IMG/VR virus record: IMGVR_UViG_3300037245_001177
Coordinates: 1 to 50,063 of that record
From: a virus
Taxonomy: Duplodnaviria > Caudoviricetes
Direction: 5' to 3' (one strand)
Length of the DNA stretch: 50,063 bases
Shown: positions 1-10,386 of the stretch, piece after piece
Position numbering within the stretch: the stretch's first letter is position 1
Layout: the number at the start of each line of letters is the position of its first letter
The notes under the pieces: model-generated
What the model was told of the DNA's origin: nothing
The model's database searches: none
Seen by the model: the letters and a program-made list of their open reading frames with translations, nothing else
Translations under genes and position numbers: made by a program

Positions 1-159
1 AATACAGTCTTTATTTGATATAAATAGAGGTTCTGTAACTATTGAAAACAATGTTATTACTTTAGGTGTTGGTAATCATTTTTTTATAGACAAAACAAAT
101 ACAACAGTTTCGACTAATGTAGCTATTGAGGAAGTTCATACTTTAGGACATAATGAAAG
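1..159 (+). repeat. Terminal direct repeat / circular overlap, left copy
   Basis: Identical to 49905-50063 except C33 vs A49937. Confidence 0.97.
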
Positions 160-2077
160 TTTAGTATTTGAAAAAAACACAACTTCATTTGTTAAAAAAT
201 CAAATAGTTCTGTTAGTATGGTTGATGATATTCATTTACTTAATTATGATAGTACGGCTGGTCTTGGTGGTGGTTTATGGTATAAATTAATATTAAGTAA
301 TGAAACTGCAAATATTAAAAACAATGCTTTATACAGTATTTGTAGAGCTTCTGTAATTATAAGTGGTGCTAATGTAACTGTTGGCTCACAATTTATTTAC
401 ACAACCTTTAGGGATGGAACGGTTAAAACATTAAATCATAGCGAAACTTTATATGCTATGCCTAGCGGTGGTCGTTTAGTTCATAATTTCACAACCAATA
501 CTTTAGAGATAAGAACATCATCTCAACTTGAATATGATGACGCTGTGGTTTTAGTTTATGATGGTTCAGAGGGTTTTAATAGTGGTTTATGGTATGCAAA
601 AAAAGTATTGAATGAAAAAATAGATTTAAACACTACAAATATATCTTACTTCGGTTTTAAAATATCATCAATAACATACAGGGCTTCGATATTATCAATA
701 AGCGGTAATGTTATAACTATCGGCAGTGGTAATTATTTCTTTTTAAATGGAACTTGGGATGGTGGACAATCACCAAAAATGAGTGCAAATGTAGGAACTA
801 ATTTAACTTTCACCTTAGATGATACTAATGGGAGGTATATTGTTTTTGAAAAAGCGAATGACACATTTGGTTATATTTTACAAAAGAAATTTGATGACTT
901 AGATTTATCCAAACACTGCATCATAGGTTATTATGATTTTGAGTTTGGTGGTTTACTACAATACAGGATTTTTGAAAATGCAAACTCTTTTAATAATGTT
1001 GAGAATTTTAGAATAAAGAGTGGTTTAGAAGTTGTGGCACATCAAGGGGTTACAGTAAATGAAATAGCACCAAAAAACAGTTTAGATAGTTTTAAAATGG
1101 CTTCGAGATGTGGTTTTAAATTTGTTGAAACTGATTTACAAAAAACAAGCGATGGTGAATATGTTGTAATACACGACCCAAGTTTAAATTCAAAATATTA
1201 CAATTACCCTGCTTACACACCGATAGCTGGGATGGTTAACACTATTGATAACACTTTAGCAACTTTAAAAGCTGATTATGTTCAAATAAGTAATACTGTA
1301 AGATTTAGACAGCCAATACCTTCTTTATTAGAGTTTTTAAAAGTATGCAGACGATATAAAATATATCCAATAATTGAAATGAAAGGTTTGATTTTATCAG
1401 ATGTTCCTTTAGTAATTTCTCAATGTAATGAAATATTAGGGGCTTCAAATTATGGTTTAACAAGTTTTGATAATAATATGTTAGATGAAGTAAGAACTAT
1501 TACTAATGATGTTAAATTGTATTATATTTCAGAAAATGACCCAGTAGTTTTAAAAGCTAAAATAAATGCAGTCGGTTATTTAGATTATACAACCTTAAAT
1601 GAAACATTAGTTAAATCATTTAAAAATGAAGGTGTTGGAATTGGTGCTTATACAACCCAAATAGAACAATTTAATAACATGCAAAATTTAGGTGTTGAAT
1701 TTGTTGCTACTGATACAATGGCAAATGATATTGAAGGTTTCCCAATACTCTCAGATTTTTCAGACGGAACATTTGAAAAATATACGCATAACGGAACATT
1801 AACAGATGGTGTTTTAACTCTTACGACTGGACAAGTTGTGTCTTTAACAAATCCAAGCATAACACTTTATTTAGCTGCTTTCTTTTTAGATATTGAAAGT
1901 AAAGGAGATATAACTGTCAATGTAAGTACAAGTGTATTTACGGATACAATTATAAACACTGAAAATAAGAGTGATATTTATCAGGGATTGATTCATGATA
2001 AACAATTTACACTAACAATAACAGCAAACGCAACATCAGAAATAAAAGAGATTAAATTTAATTTAGTTAGATATTAA
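1..2077 (+). CDS. Tail fibre/spike with GDPD (glycerophosphodiester phosphodiesterase) domain; 3' part of an ORF starting at 49516 (821 aa when joined)
   Basis: Frame is open from base 2 and continuous with 49516-50063. GDPD motifs AHQG...P.NSL.SF, ETDLQKTSDG..VVIHD and IEMK. Lies in the tail module. Confidence 0.8.
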   Translation, partial: IQSLFDINRGSVTIENNVITLGVGNHFFIDKTNTTVSTNVAIEEVHTLGHNESLVFEKNTTSFVKKSNSSVSMVDDIHLLNYDSTAGLGGGLWYKLILSNETANIKNNALYSICRASVIISGANVTVGSQFIYTTFRDGTVKTLNHSETLYAMPSGGRLVHNFTTNTLEIRTSSQLEYDDAVVLVYDGSEGFNSGLWYAKKVLNEKIDLNTTNISYFGFKISSITYRASILSISGNVITIGSGNYFFLNGTWDGGQSPKMSANVGTNLTFTLDDTNGRYIVFEKANDTFGYILQKKFDDLDLSKHCIIGYYDFEFGGLLQYRIFENANSFNNVENFRIKSGLEVVAHQGVTVNEIAPKNSLDSFKMASRCGFKFVETDLQKTSDGEYVVIHDPSLNSKYYNYPAYTPIAGMVNTIDNTLATLKADYVQISNTVRFRQPIPSLLEFLKVCRRYKIYPIIEMKGLILSDVPLVISQCNEILGASNYGLTSFDNNMLDEVRTITNDVKLYYISENDPVVLKAKINAVGYLDYTTLNETLVKSFKNEGVGIGAYTTQIEQFNNMQNLGVEFVATDTMANDIEGFPILSDFSDGTFEKYTHNGTLTDGVLTLTTGQVVSLTNPSITLYLAAFFLDIESKGDITVNVSTSVFTDTIINTENKSDIYQGLIHDKQFTLTITANATSEIKEIKFNLVRY

Positions 2078-2168
2078 TTATGACAAACATTTTATAATAT
2101 TATGGCAATAACATTTAGCAAATCATTAAGCACAACAGCAACAATAGCAATGTATTAAAAAGTAAATT

Positions 2169-4172
2169 ATGGCTAAGAGTAAAATAGTAATAACGTTTAA
2201 TTCTATTCCGGCAATTGGGACTAAATTGTGGATAAATAATGATTTAAGTGCAACTGTTTTAAAAGAAACTTTTGATGATATAAGAACGTTCAATGGAGTT
2301 ACTTTAATTGGAGCAAATGTAGATGAATGTGCATTTAATTATTTAACTGCTTTAAATTTAGATTATAATAGTGGTGGTCTTTATATTATTACGGTATTAA
2401 ACAATGTTGTTACTATTGAAGCTGTTCAGGATGGAGTTACTTTTACAGAAACTAACAATACAACAAGTGGAGCAGTTACAACAGTTGATGAAAATGAACC
2501 AGCTACTCCAGAATTAACAATTGATGATATTACTTTTTCTGAGGCAGATACAAATCCTTGTGATAATATTAAAGTTACGGTTACAACAAGTGAATTAGCA
2601 ACAAAAGTTACTTCACCTTTATTAATTGATCCAAATAACGATAATCCTTTCAGTTTTGATTGGGTACGACAAGTTATAATAGATATAATTTGTAAAACAG
2701 CTACATTAAATGCAAATCAAACAATTGCAACTCCTGAAATACTTTCAGTTGGTACAACACAAATAAATATCGTAAATACACCAACTGGAGGTGATGTTAC
2801 TGTAACACACGACTTAAATGTTCTTTTAGAATTAGAATATTCTTTAGATGGTATTTTGTGGCAATCAGGATTTAATGCAAATAAATTCACAGGATTAGTA
2901 GAAGATTCTTATACGATGTACGTTAGAGATCAATTCGGTTGTGAAATAACCATACCTTTTGAAATAACTGTTTTTACACCAGATATTAGTGTAACTGATG
3001 CCTTCAATTATTTAGCAAAAGAAATGTCAATTAGGTTTAAACGTAATCAAGTTTGGGATTTCTGCAATATTTATAGAATAGAGGAAAATACCTTAAGTTG
3101 TGAAGAAAAAGTTGAAAACGCTTATAAAATTGTTCAAAAGTTTCAAACTTGTGATATTATAACAACTCAATTTTTATCTAATTATGATACTTTAGAGGCA
3201 AATGTAATTAAAGAAGATTTATCAAGAGATGTTTTAACGATATCTAAAAAAAGTAATAATATTGGTACCAAAGATAAACGTGATGCAACTTATTATAATG
3301 CTGAGAATAATCAAACTGGTATTTATTACACAAGTGGAGATACTTATAATTACGATACAGGATTCCCTAATGGTACCTATGCTTTAAATGGAGCTCTACC
3401 TAATTATGGTGCTATTGGAAACTTTATTTTATTAGATGGTGAGGGTTGGTTTGAAATTGTAAATATTATTTATAGCGAAGAATTTAATGCTGATGTTTTA
3501 ATTATTAATTTTGTTTATACAGGAATACCAACTCAAATTATAGTTTCTTCTGAATATAATCAAAAGAATTATGAGGTTTATGAATTTGATATTGATATGT
3601 CATCTTATGAAAATCAAGAAATACAAGTTGAACTTTTATTAAGTGATGCTGTTTTCGATGATTATAACTATCTTAGCGAAAAGATAGAGGTTGCTGAACG
3701 ATGGAATGATACTTTAGAATTTATTTGGTACAATACAACTGATACTTGGGTATTTTACAGTACTGGAATTAAAAACAAAGCAAGAGTTTATTTTCAAACG
3801 TTTGAACCTGGAAATGATAGTGAGTTGGATATTCATAAAACAGATATTACAACAATTATGATTAATAGTGAAAGCTATGAAACAATGAATTTAATTCTAG
3901 GATCTTTTGCCGATATTAGCACTGGTATTAAAAGACAATTAACATTAGCTTCAATACATAAGGAATTTTATATAGATAAAGAACAATTTGTATCAAATTC
4001 TGAACCTGAAACAGAACCTATTAAATTCACAAATCAAAGTGTTTTAACTTTTAGTTTAACAAAAACTGGTAAAGTATTTAATTCTGAATGGAATGGTCAA
4101 GGTAATGCGATTGAAAGCCTTGAATTAGTTGGATTAATAGAATATGACAATACTAATTATTTAAAATATTAA
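2169..4172 (+). CDS. Putative virion structural (tail/baseplate) protein
   Basis: 667 aa, acidic, beta-rich composition, within the tail module. Confidence 0.6.
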   Translation: MAKSKIVITFNSIPAIGTKLWINNDLSATVLKETFDDIRTFNGVTLIGANVDECAFNYLTALNLDYNSGGLYIITVLNNVVTIEAVQDGVTFTETNNTTSGAVTTVDENEPATPELTIDDITFSEADTNPCDNIKVTVTTSELATKVTSPLLIDPNNDNPFSFDWVRQVIIDIICKTATLNANQTIATPEILSVGTTQINIVNTPTGGDVTVTHDLNVLLELEYSLDGILWQSGFNANKFTGLVEDSYTMYVRDQFGCEITIPFEITVFTPDISVTDAFNYLAKEMSIRFKRNQVWDFCNIYRIEENTLSCEEKVENAYKIVQKFQTCDIITTQFLSNYDTLEANVIKEDLSRDVLTISKKSNNIGTKDKRDATYYNAENNQTGIYYTSGDTYNYDTGFPNGTYALNGALPNYGAIGNFILLDGEGWFEIVNIIYSEEFNADVLIINFVYTGIPTQIIVSSEYNQKNYEVYEFDIDMSSYENQEIQVELLLSDAVFDDYNYLSEKIEVAERWNDTLEFIWYNTTDTWVFYSTGIKNKARVYFQTFEPGNDSELDIHKTDITTIMINSESYETMNLILGSFADISTGIKRQLTLASIHKEFYIDKEQFVSNSEPETEPIKFTNQSVLTFSLTKTGKVFNSEWNGQGNAIESLELVGLIEYDNTNYLKY

Positions 4173-4175
4173 GAT

Positions 4176-4571
4176 ATGGCAACATTAGACGATTTAGCCT
4201 TGCAAGTTAATGCTAATACAGAATGGATAAATGGAGTAATTGCATCTGGTAAAAAAATTAATGAATTAGATACACAGTCTCCGACTACAACAACTGGAGA
4301 AATAGCAGTTGTAGATAGTGGAGTAACTAAAAAAGTATCTATTGCAGAATTGATAATTAAATTTATAGACGCTACATTTGTAACTATTAGTGGTTTAGAA
4401 TTTAGAATTAGTAAAGCATCTGCAAATGTAGATAGAACTATTTTAGAAGTTAACGATGAGATTACAGGTTACATTGATAACGGAGACACTTTCTTAATGG
4501 CAAAATATTTAGGAGGCGATCAAACAGATTTTACAAACGAGGCAGTTTACGAATCATTTAGTGGATTTTAA
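4176..4571 (+). CDS. Hypothetical tail-associated protein
   Basis: 131 aa ORF closely coupled to its neighbours; KKINEL motif like the N-termini of fibre proteins. Confidence 0.5.
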   Translation: MATLDDLALQVNANTEWINGVIASGKKINELDTQSPTTTTGEIAVVDSGVTKKVSIAELIIKFIDATFVTISGLEFRISKASANVDRTILEVNDEITGYIDNGDTFLMAKYLGGDQTDFTNEAVYESFSGF

Positions 4572-4582
4572 AAATTAAAACA

Positions 4583-6844
4583 ATGAAAAAAATATTTTTA
4601 TTAGTAGCGTTATTTATAAGTACTTTAACCTTTGGGCAAATAAGTACTAAAATATCAGCTCCAAATACAGCGAGTATAAACGATAGTGTTGTGATGGTTG
4701 GTAGTGATAAAAGGCTTACTCATTTAACTGTAGGAGAATTATCAAAAAGAGTTTTAGCTGATATAGAATCAGTCACTTTAGATACTATTAAATTTAACGA
4801 TGGTGGTTTTATAGAGTGGAATGGTGGTGAATATACAATAGATGTTGAAACTGGATTAGGAGCTACTATACAGGTTGGCCAAGAAACATTAATGCTTTAC
4901 TTTAACGATACAGGTATAACAATACCTAATGGAACAGTATTGCATCCGAAATCAGGCACATCTATAATGGGTGTTATAGTACCAACGCCAGAATTAGCAG
5001 ATGCCTCCCTTCACGAAACAAGCGAAGGTACTTTATCAATAGCAACACACGATATTTTAAACGGGGAATTAGGATTTTCTACTAGATTTGGAAAGGTTAG
5101 AGATTTAGATACGAGCTTATTAATACCCGGTTCAACTATATGGTTATCAGCAACAATACCAGGTACATTTACAAATAGTAAACCTGAATTTCCAAACTAC
5201 TCAATTTCATTAGGAGGGGTTTTAAATGCTGCGACAGCACCAGATGGAGAGATTTTTTGTACCATAACTAGAACCATAGAAGATGTTTTTAATAATTTTT
5301 GGAACGGTATATTTTTAGAAACTTTTAAATTTAATATAACTAGCGATGGAGCTATTATTACTGGTAGTTTATTACCATCTAACGGTCATCCTGATATGAC
5401 GATGAATTTTAGTGATGGCTTTACCACTTTAGATACATCTCCAGCAGTTACCATAGTTTTAACAGCGGGAACAGATATTAATCCACAATTAAATTATATT
5501 TATATTCCAAAATCAACAAAAGTATTAACTGTATCAACCTCTGGATTTCCAACAGAGGAACATATAAAAGTTTCAACATCAGTTTTAAGAAGTGCTACAG
5601 CAACTCAAACAGATGGAGCTTTAAGGAATCAGAATCATAATGACCACTTAGCTAGTACAATAACATTCCAAGGACATTTACCTCATATAACTGAAAGAAT
5701 GAGGCAAGACCCTTCTAAATGGGATTCAGGAGTAGCGACAACTGTAACAATAATTGACGCTTCAACTCCTGATGATGTTTTTGTGTCTACAACAGGTGGT
5801 AAAATATACCAAATTCATAAACAAGATTTTCCAGTTTTAGACACTCAAACAGGAGATGAAATTCACGTTGTAAATAATCTTGCTACACCATATATTGAAA
5901 TTTCTAATCTAAATACTCAAATATTAGATGCTACAGGTACAACATTAAATAATACAAGTTTTAGTTTTGTTCTTTGGGGTGTAATTAATAGTTCAGGAGA
6001 TCCATCTCATTTAATGTTAAATTTACCTACTGATGCTTATGCTTTTGCAAGCCCACAAAATGCCGTTAATGATGCTTTAAATTATTCAGTTTATACAATT
6101 CCAAAAGCATTTGAGGGTGTAGGTTTTTTAATATCAAGATTTACATTTACATATAAAAATGATGAATGGGTTTTATTTGACACAACAGATTTAAGAGGTA
6201 CAATACCAAATACGACTGCTGGAGGTGGTATTGGAGGTGTGGGAGTTACTGAGTTTACAACTTTAACAGATACACCGAATTCATATATTGGAGAAGGTTT
6301 AAAAATGGTTCGTGTTGGTAGTGGAGAAACTGCTTTAGAGTTTTCAGATGATTATGTTACGAATACGACTACTCAAACTATTAGTGGAGAGAAAACATTT
6401 GATAGCCAAACCATATTTGACGCAGATTTAACTATCAATCTGAATAGATTATTCAATTCTGTTGGTGATGAGTTATTGTTACCACAAGGACAAGATGGAA
6501 GGATAGCTTTAACTTCTGATATACCATCAGGGGAATTTGTAGGAGTAGCAGAATTAAAAGACGAACTAAAAGCTGAATTTGAAATTACAGGAACAGATGT
6601 AGATTTTGATTTAGGAATACAAGGATATAAAACATTAGTTGGAAATACAACTTTAACATTTAGTAATTATTTTGTAGGAAAAATAATTAGTTTAGTTATA
6701 GATGGAGATTATACTTTAACTTTGCCAGCAGGAGTTGATGTTGGGGATTTAGCAAATTACGATGGTACTAAAACCAATTATATACAAGTGTATTGTGCCG
6801 ATGCAATAACACCAGTTTTCTTAACATTTTTAACCGCAAAATAA
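4583..6844 (+). CDS. Tail-fibre-like protein with Sec signal peptide
   Basis: MKKIFLLVALFISTLTFG-Q leader; T/G-rich; QTISGEKTF fibre-type motif. Confidence 0.6.
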   Translation: MKKIFLLVALFISTLTFGQISTKISAPNTASINDSVVMVGSDKRLTHLTVGELSKRVLADIESVTLDTIKFNDGGFIEWNGGEYTIDVETGLGATIQVGQETLMLYFNDTGITIPNGTVLHPKSGTSIMGVIVPTPELADASLHETSEGTLSIATHDILNGELGFSTRFGKVRDLDTSLLIPGSTIWLSATIPGTFTNSKPEFPNYSISLGGVLNAATAPDGEIFCTITRTIEDVFNNFWNGIFLETFKFNITSDGAIITGSLLPSNGHPDMTMNFSDGFTTLDTSPAVTIVLTAGTDINPQLNYIYIPKSTKVLTVSTSGFPTEEHIKVSTSVLRSATATQTDGALRNQNHNDHLASTITFQGHLPHITERMRQDPSKWDSGVATTVTIIDASTPDDVFVSTTGGKIYQIHKQDFPVLDTQTGDEIHVVNNLATPYIEISNLNTQILDATGTTLNNTSFSFVLWGVINSSGDPSHLMLNLPTDAYAFASPQNAVNDALNYSVYTIPKAFEGVGFLISRFTFTYKNDEWVLFDTTDLRGTIPNTTAGGGIGGVGVTEFTTLTDTPNSYIGEGLKMVRVGSGETALEFSDDYVTNTTTQTISGEKTFDSQTIFDADLTINLNRLFNSVGDELLLPQGQDGRIALTSDIPSGEFVGVAELKDELKAEFEITGTDVDFDLGIQGYKTLVGNTTLTFSNYFVGKIISLVIDGDYTLTLPAGVDVGDLANYDGTKTNYIQVYCADAITPVFLTFLTAK

Positions 6845-6850
6845 TATACT

Positions 6851-7732
6851 ATGAAAAATTTTATAAAATATTTATTCCTTTCAATTTTACTTACAGCTTC
6901 AACTTTACAAAGTGTTGATGCGCAATTGTTGGGGGATGCGAGGGTGAGAGTTGCTTCAGGTAGTGTATGTGATACTGACGCTTTATTATATATTAATAAT
7001 GCAAACATTACAGATAATACCCAACAGGAGGCAATTTGTCAATTAGTAACAGATTTGAAGGATAATTTACTTTGGGATAAAATAGTAGCTATATACCCAA
7101 TGGTGGGAGGAACAGCGTCAACGCATAAATGGAATTTAAAAGACCCAAGAGATTTAGACGTTGCTTTTAGATTGACTTTTACAGGGGGTTGGGTTCATTC
7201 TTCAACAGGTTCGAAACCTGATGGATCAACAGGATATGCAAACACATATTTAAAACCATTAAGTGAATTGCCCACAAATAATATGTCTATTTCTTATTAT
7301 TCAAGAGAAAATATTACCACTGGAACGGATCAATTAGATATGGGGGCTAGAGATGGTAATATTTTATATTTATCAGCGATTTACGGAGCATCTGGATTAG
7401 AGTTTGTAGCAAGAAACTCTCACAGTGGGACTTTGGCTAGTGCCTCTAATTCAGACGCTAGGGGCTTTTACACTGCAAGTAAATTAGGCAACGTTGCTAG
7501 TGGTTTTAAAATCTACAAAAACACAACGCTTGAAGATACAAAAGTCGGAAATGGTGCAAATCCAAATCGTTCAGTTTATCTTGGGTGTTATAACAATGCT
7601 GGAAGTGCTCAATTATTTTCGAACAGAGAATGTGCTATTGCGTCAATAGGCGAAGGGTTAACAGGCTCGGAGGTTAGCGATTTTTACAATGCAGTACAAA
7701 CATTTCAAACAACATTGGGAAGAGAAATTTAA
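6851..7732 (+). CDS. Putative lectin-like (ConA/LamG-like) tail-associated protein with signal peptide
   Basis: MKNFIKYLFLSILLTASTLQSVDA-Q leader; LWDKIVAIYPMVGG and C-terminal FYNAVQTFQTTLGR pattern recalled from phage tail proteins. Confidence 0.5.
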   Translation: MKNFIKYLFLSILLTASTLQSVDAQLLGDARVRVASGSVCDTDALLYINNANITDNTQQEAICQLVTDLKDNLLWDKIVAIYPMVGGTASTHKWNLKDPRDLDVAFRLTFTGGWVHSSTGSKPDGSTGYANTYLKPLSELPTNNMSISYYSRENITTGTDQLDMGARDGNILYLSAIYGASGLEFVARNSHSGTLASASNSDARGFYTASKLGNVASGFKIYKNTTLEDTKVGNGANPNRSVYLGCYNNAGSAQLFSNRECAIASIGEGLTGSEVSDFYNAVQTFQTTLGREI

Positions 7733-7744
7733 AATAAGAATAAA

Positions 7745-8332
7745 ATGAAAAAAATAATTTTAACATTAGCAATACTAATTTCAACAATCACATATTCACA
7801 AAAAGCAATTGAAATTAACGGAACAATAAAAGTTTATAATAGACTTCCTAAAGTTTGGAATAACACTATAAATTTTAGAAATGCAAATGAAACACAATTA
7901 TATAACTTAGGTTTTAGAGATGTTGTACAACCAACACTTTCAATTTATCAAAGGCGAGGTGTAATTTATCTTGATTCAATAAATGATGTTTATACTTATA
8001 CAATTATAGATTTCACACAAGAAGAAATTGATAATTACGACCAATCTCAATTAGATAGTGATACATCGGCACAATTCTTCCAGAATAGAAAATACGAGGG
8101 TCAATTAATAATAGATAGATTTTCAGCATACATATACAGAAAACACGTTATTGATGGTGTACCAATAAGTCAAATAGTTTTTGCATTAGAGTTTTTTTAT
8201 GAAGCAATACAACCGTTAAAAGATGGTTATTTTGAACTATCAATAAAACGATTAACAGCATTAGAAAGTACTAATCAGCAAATTATTGATATGAAAGCGT
8301 TAATAATTAGTGAGATAAATAAACATTTATAA
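7745..8332 (+). CDS. Hypothetical protein with signal peptide (possible fibre assembly protein)
   Basis: MKKIILTLAILISTITYS-Q leader; last gene before the lysis cassette. Confidence 0.5.
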   Translation: MKKIILTLAILISTITYSQKAIEINGTIKVYNRLPKVWNNTINFRNANETQLYNLGFRDVVQPTLSIYQRRGVIYLDSINDVYTYTIIDFTQEEIDNYDQSQLDSDTSAQFFQNRKYEGQLIIDRFSAYIYRKHVIDGVPISQIVFALEFFYEAIQPLKDGYFELSIKRLTALESTNQQIIDMKALIISEINKHL

Positions 8333-8381
8333 GTAATAAAAAATTAACTATATTTACATTAACAAATAAAATTTTAAGATT

Positions 8382-8648
8382 ATGAACAGCAAATTATTCA
8401 GATTAAACATATTAGATTTTCTAAAAGGTTTATTAATGGCAATTCTAGTACCAGCGTTAATAGTTATACAAACATCTCTTGAAGCTGGTCAATTAACATT
8501 AGATTGGAAAATAATAGCAACAACATCATTAGCTGGTGGTATTGGTTATTTATTGAAAAATCTTTTATCAGGAGAAAAGAAAATAAATATACAATCAGTA
8601 GGGGGAGAATTACCACCAACAGATGATGAAGAAGGAGGGATTGTATAA
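8382..8648 (+). CDS. Putative holin
   Basis: 88 aa, two hydrophobic segments, charged C-terminus, upstream of the endolysin. Confidence 0.6.
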   Translation: MNSKLFRLNILDFLKGLLMAILVPALIVIQTSLEAGQLTLDWKIIATTSLAGGIGYLLKNLLSGEKKINIQSVGGELPPTDDEEGGIV

Positions 8649-9037
8649 TGAAAAACAAATTACTTCTTTTTACATTTGTAATATCTTATTTGCCAACTAT
8701 CTTTTTTTCTAATACAAGTCAAAGGATAAATTTAGCATTAATAACGATTAAAAGCACAAGATTAGATTTCGCAGCTTTATTCTATACAACTGCAATTAAT
8801 TTTTTTATATTAGCATATTGTTTACATTTTAAAAAAGGAATTGATAGAAGAGTTACAAAGTTTATTTTAATTATAACATCATTAGATTTTATACATTTAT
8901 TATTATTTGCAAAGCAAGGATATGGGGTCGCTAAAATAGGAATTGCATTTTTAATATATTTAATTTTAGAATGGAAAACAACAATTACATACATCAAAAA
9001 AACCCTCACAAAATGGCGAATATTAAACTATTCTTAA
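8648..9037 (+). CDS. Multi-pass membrane protein (lysis cassette)
   Basis: About four hydrophobic segments; TAATG coupling to the upstream gene. Confidence 0.6.
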   Translation: MKNKLLLFTFVISYLPTIFFSNTSQRINLALITIKSTRLDFAALFYTTAINFFILAYCLHFKKGIDRRVTKFILIITSLDFIHLLLFAKQGYGVAKIGIAFLIYLILEWKTTITYIKKTLTKWRILNYS

Positions 9038-9276
9038 AATTCTTTGACTTCATATTTATTAGTATATGGGGATTAACAGTTATAGACTTATTAAAAATCG
9101 CAACGGAAACCCCGTATGCATCAATAGATAATTGGATAAAAACACTAATGGCTCTAGGTGGGTTGGTATATTTAATATTTTCTATTCCTCACAAAATAAA
9201 AATGCAAAAATTAGAGCGTAAAATGAAGGAAGAACAAATTGAGAAACTAGAACGTGAAAATGAAAAATTAAGATAA
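8971..9276 (+). CDS. Membrane protein, holin/antiholin-like (true start may be ATG 9013)
   Basis: Two TM segments and a charged coiled-coil tail; coupled to the endolysin. Confidence 0.55.
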   Translation: MENNNYIHQKNPHKMANIKLFLKFFDFIFISIWGLTVIDLLKIATETPYASIDNWIKTLMALGGLVYLIFSIPHKIKMQKLERKMKEEQIEKLERENEKLR

Positions 9277-9731
9277 TGCTAATTACACATCTAAGATTTC
9301 AAACAAAAGACGATCATACAAAATCATCATTTCATATTGATGGAAATTTTAAATGTTTTGTTTTAGAAGATGGATTTAGAGTTAAAAAAGTTTATGGTGA
9401 AACTAGGATACCCCCTGGAACTCGTAAAATTGAATTACGTACTGAGGGTGGTATGAATAAAAAGTATTTAGAAAAATTTGGTTCTGATTTTCATAAAGGA
9501 ATGTTATGGATAAAAGATGTGAATGGATTTGAGTATATTTACATTCATTATGGAAACTATCCAAAAGACACATTAGGATGCCTATTAACAGGTTTTTCAG
9601 CAGATACGAACAAATCAATGGTAGGTAATTCAATTAACGCTTACAAAAAGATTTACCCTATAATTTCAGATGCTATTCTGAAAGGTGAAAAAGTTATGAT
9701 TGAAACAATAGATTTAGAACAAATATTATAA
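9276..9731 (+). CDS. Putative endolysin, DUF5675 / L,D-transpeptidase-like
   Basis: LED...TRIPPG, YIYIHYGN..KDTLGCLLTG with His/Cys catalytic pattern; lies between holin and spanin. Confidence 0.75.
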   Translation: MLITHLRFQTKDDHTKSSFHIDGNFKCFVLEDGFRVKKVYGETRIPPGTRKIELRTEGGMNKKYLEKFGSDFHKGMLWIKDVNGFEYIYIHYGNYPKDTLGCLLTGFSADTNKSMVGNSINAYKKIYPIISDAILKGEKVMIETIDLEQIL

Positions 9732-9734
9732 ATT

Positions 9735-10283
9735 ATGAAGAAACTTATTTACTTACTAATTATTATATCACTTACATCTTGTTTAGCAACTAAGAAGATT
9801 TCTAATAAATCTCATATTGAAAAAGAAAATACTGAGGTAAATAAAGACAGTACTTCTATTAAAGAAACTAATAAAGCTATTGATGACAAAGCTGAAATTA
9901 AGGTTAAAGAAAGTGATACTGGTGATCGTGATTTTGATTTAGCAGTCAATAAAGCAGTAACGGATATTTTAAGTTCTATAAATTTCCAAAAGACTTCTGG
10001 AGATAATTCTTATAAAATGTGGTATGATATGAAAAATCACATGATGAGGTTAGAGGCAAAGATTGGAGAAACTACAAATTCAGATACTTCTACAAATTCA
10101 GATAGTAAGTCCGAAAAAACCTTTGAAGATAGCTTAAATGAATACGTTAAGAAGGTTGTTGTCCCTTGGTGGTTATATGTTATTGGTTTTGTTTTAATAT
10201 GGCCTTACATAAAGCCTATTGCGATGATGTTCTTAGGACCTACTAATATTTTATCTTCAATAAATACTGCATTAAAAAAATAA
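9735..10283 (+). CDS. Putative unimolecular spanin (lipoprotein with C-terminal TM helix)
   Basis: Lipobox LTSC at Cys16; C-terminal PWWLYVIGFVLIW; follows the endolysin. Confidence 0.7.
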   Translation: MKKLIYLLIIISLTSCLATKKISNKSHIEKENTEVNKDSTSIKETNKAIDDKAEIKVKESDTGDRDFDLAVNKAVTDILSSINFQKTSGDNSYKMWYDMKNHMMRLEAKIGETTNSDTSTNSDSKSEKTFEDSLNEYVKKVVVPWWLYVIGFVLIWPYIKPIAMMFLGPTNILSSINTALKK

Positions 10284-10335
10284 TCATTATATTTGATTAT
10301 CCGAAACATTCCTAATTGGGGTTGGAAATAAATGT

Positions 10336-10366
10336 AAAAAGCCATTGAGTAAGACAATGGCTTTTT
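10336..10366. terminator. Bidirectional intrinsic terminator
   Basis: AAAAAGCCATTG-agtaaga-CAATGGCTTTTT between convergent operons. Confidence 0.85.
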
Positions 10367-10386
10367 TATTTTTAATATTTCAAATT

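Noticed and set aside
1-8332. Diversity-generating retroelement acting on the tail fibres
   Set aside because: No reverse transcriptase and no template/variable repeat pair seen. The only duplicate is the terminal overlap with one mismatch.
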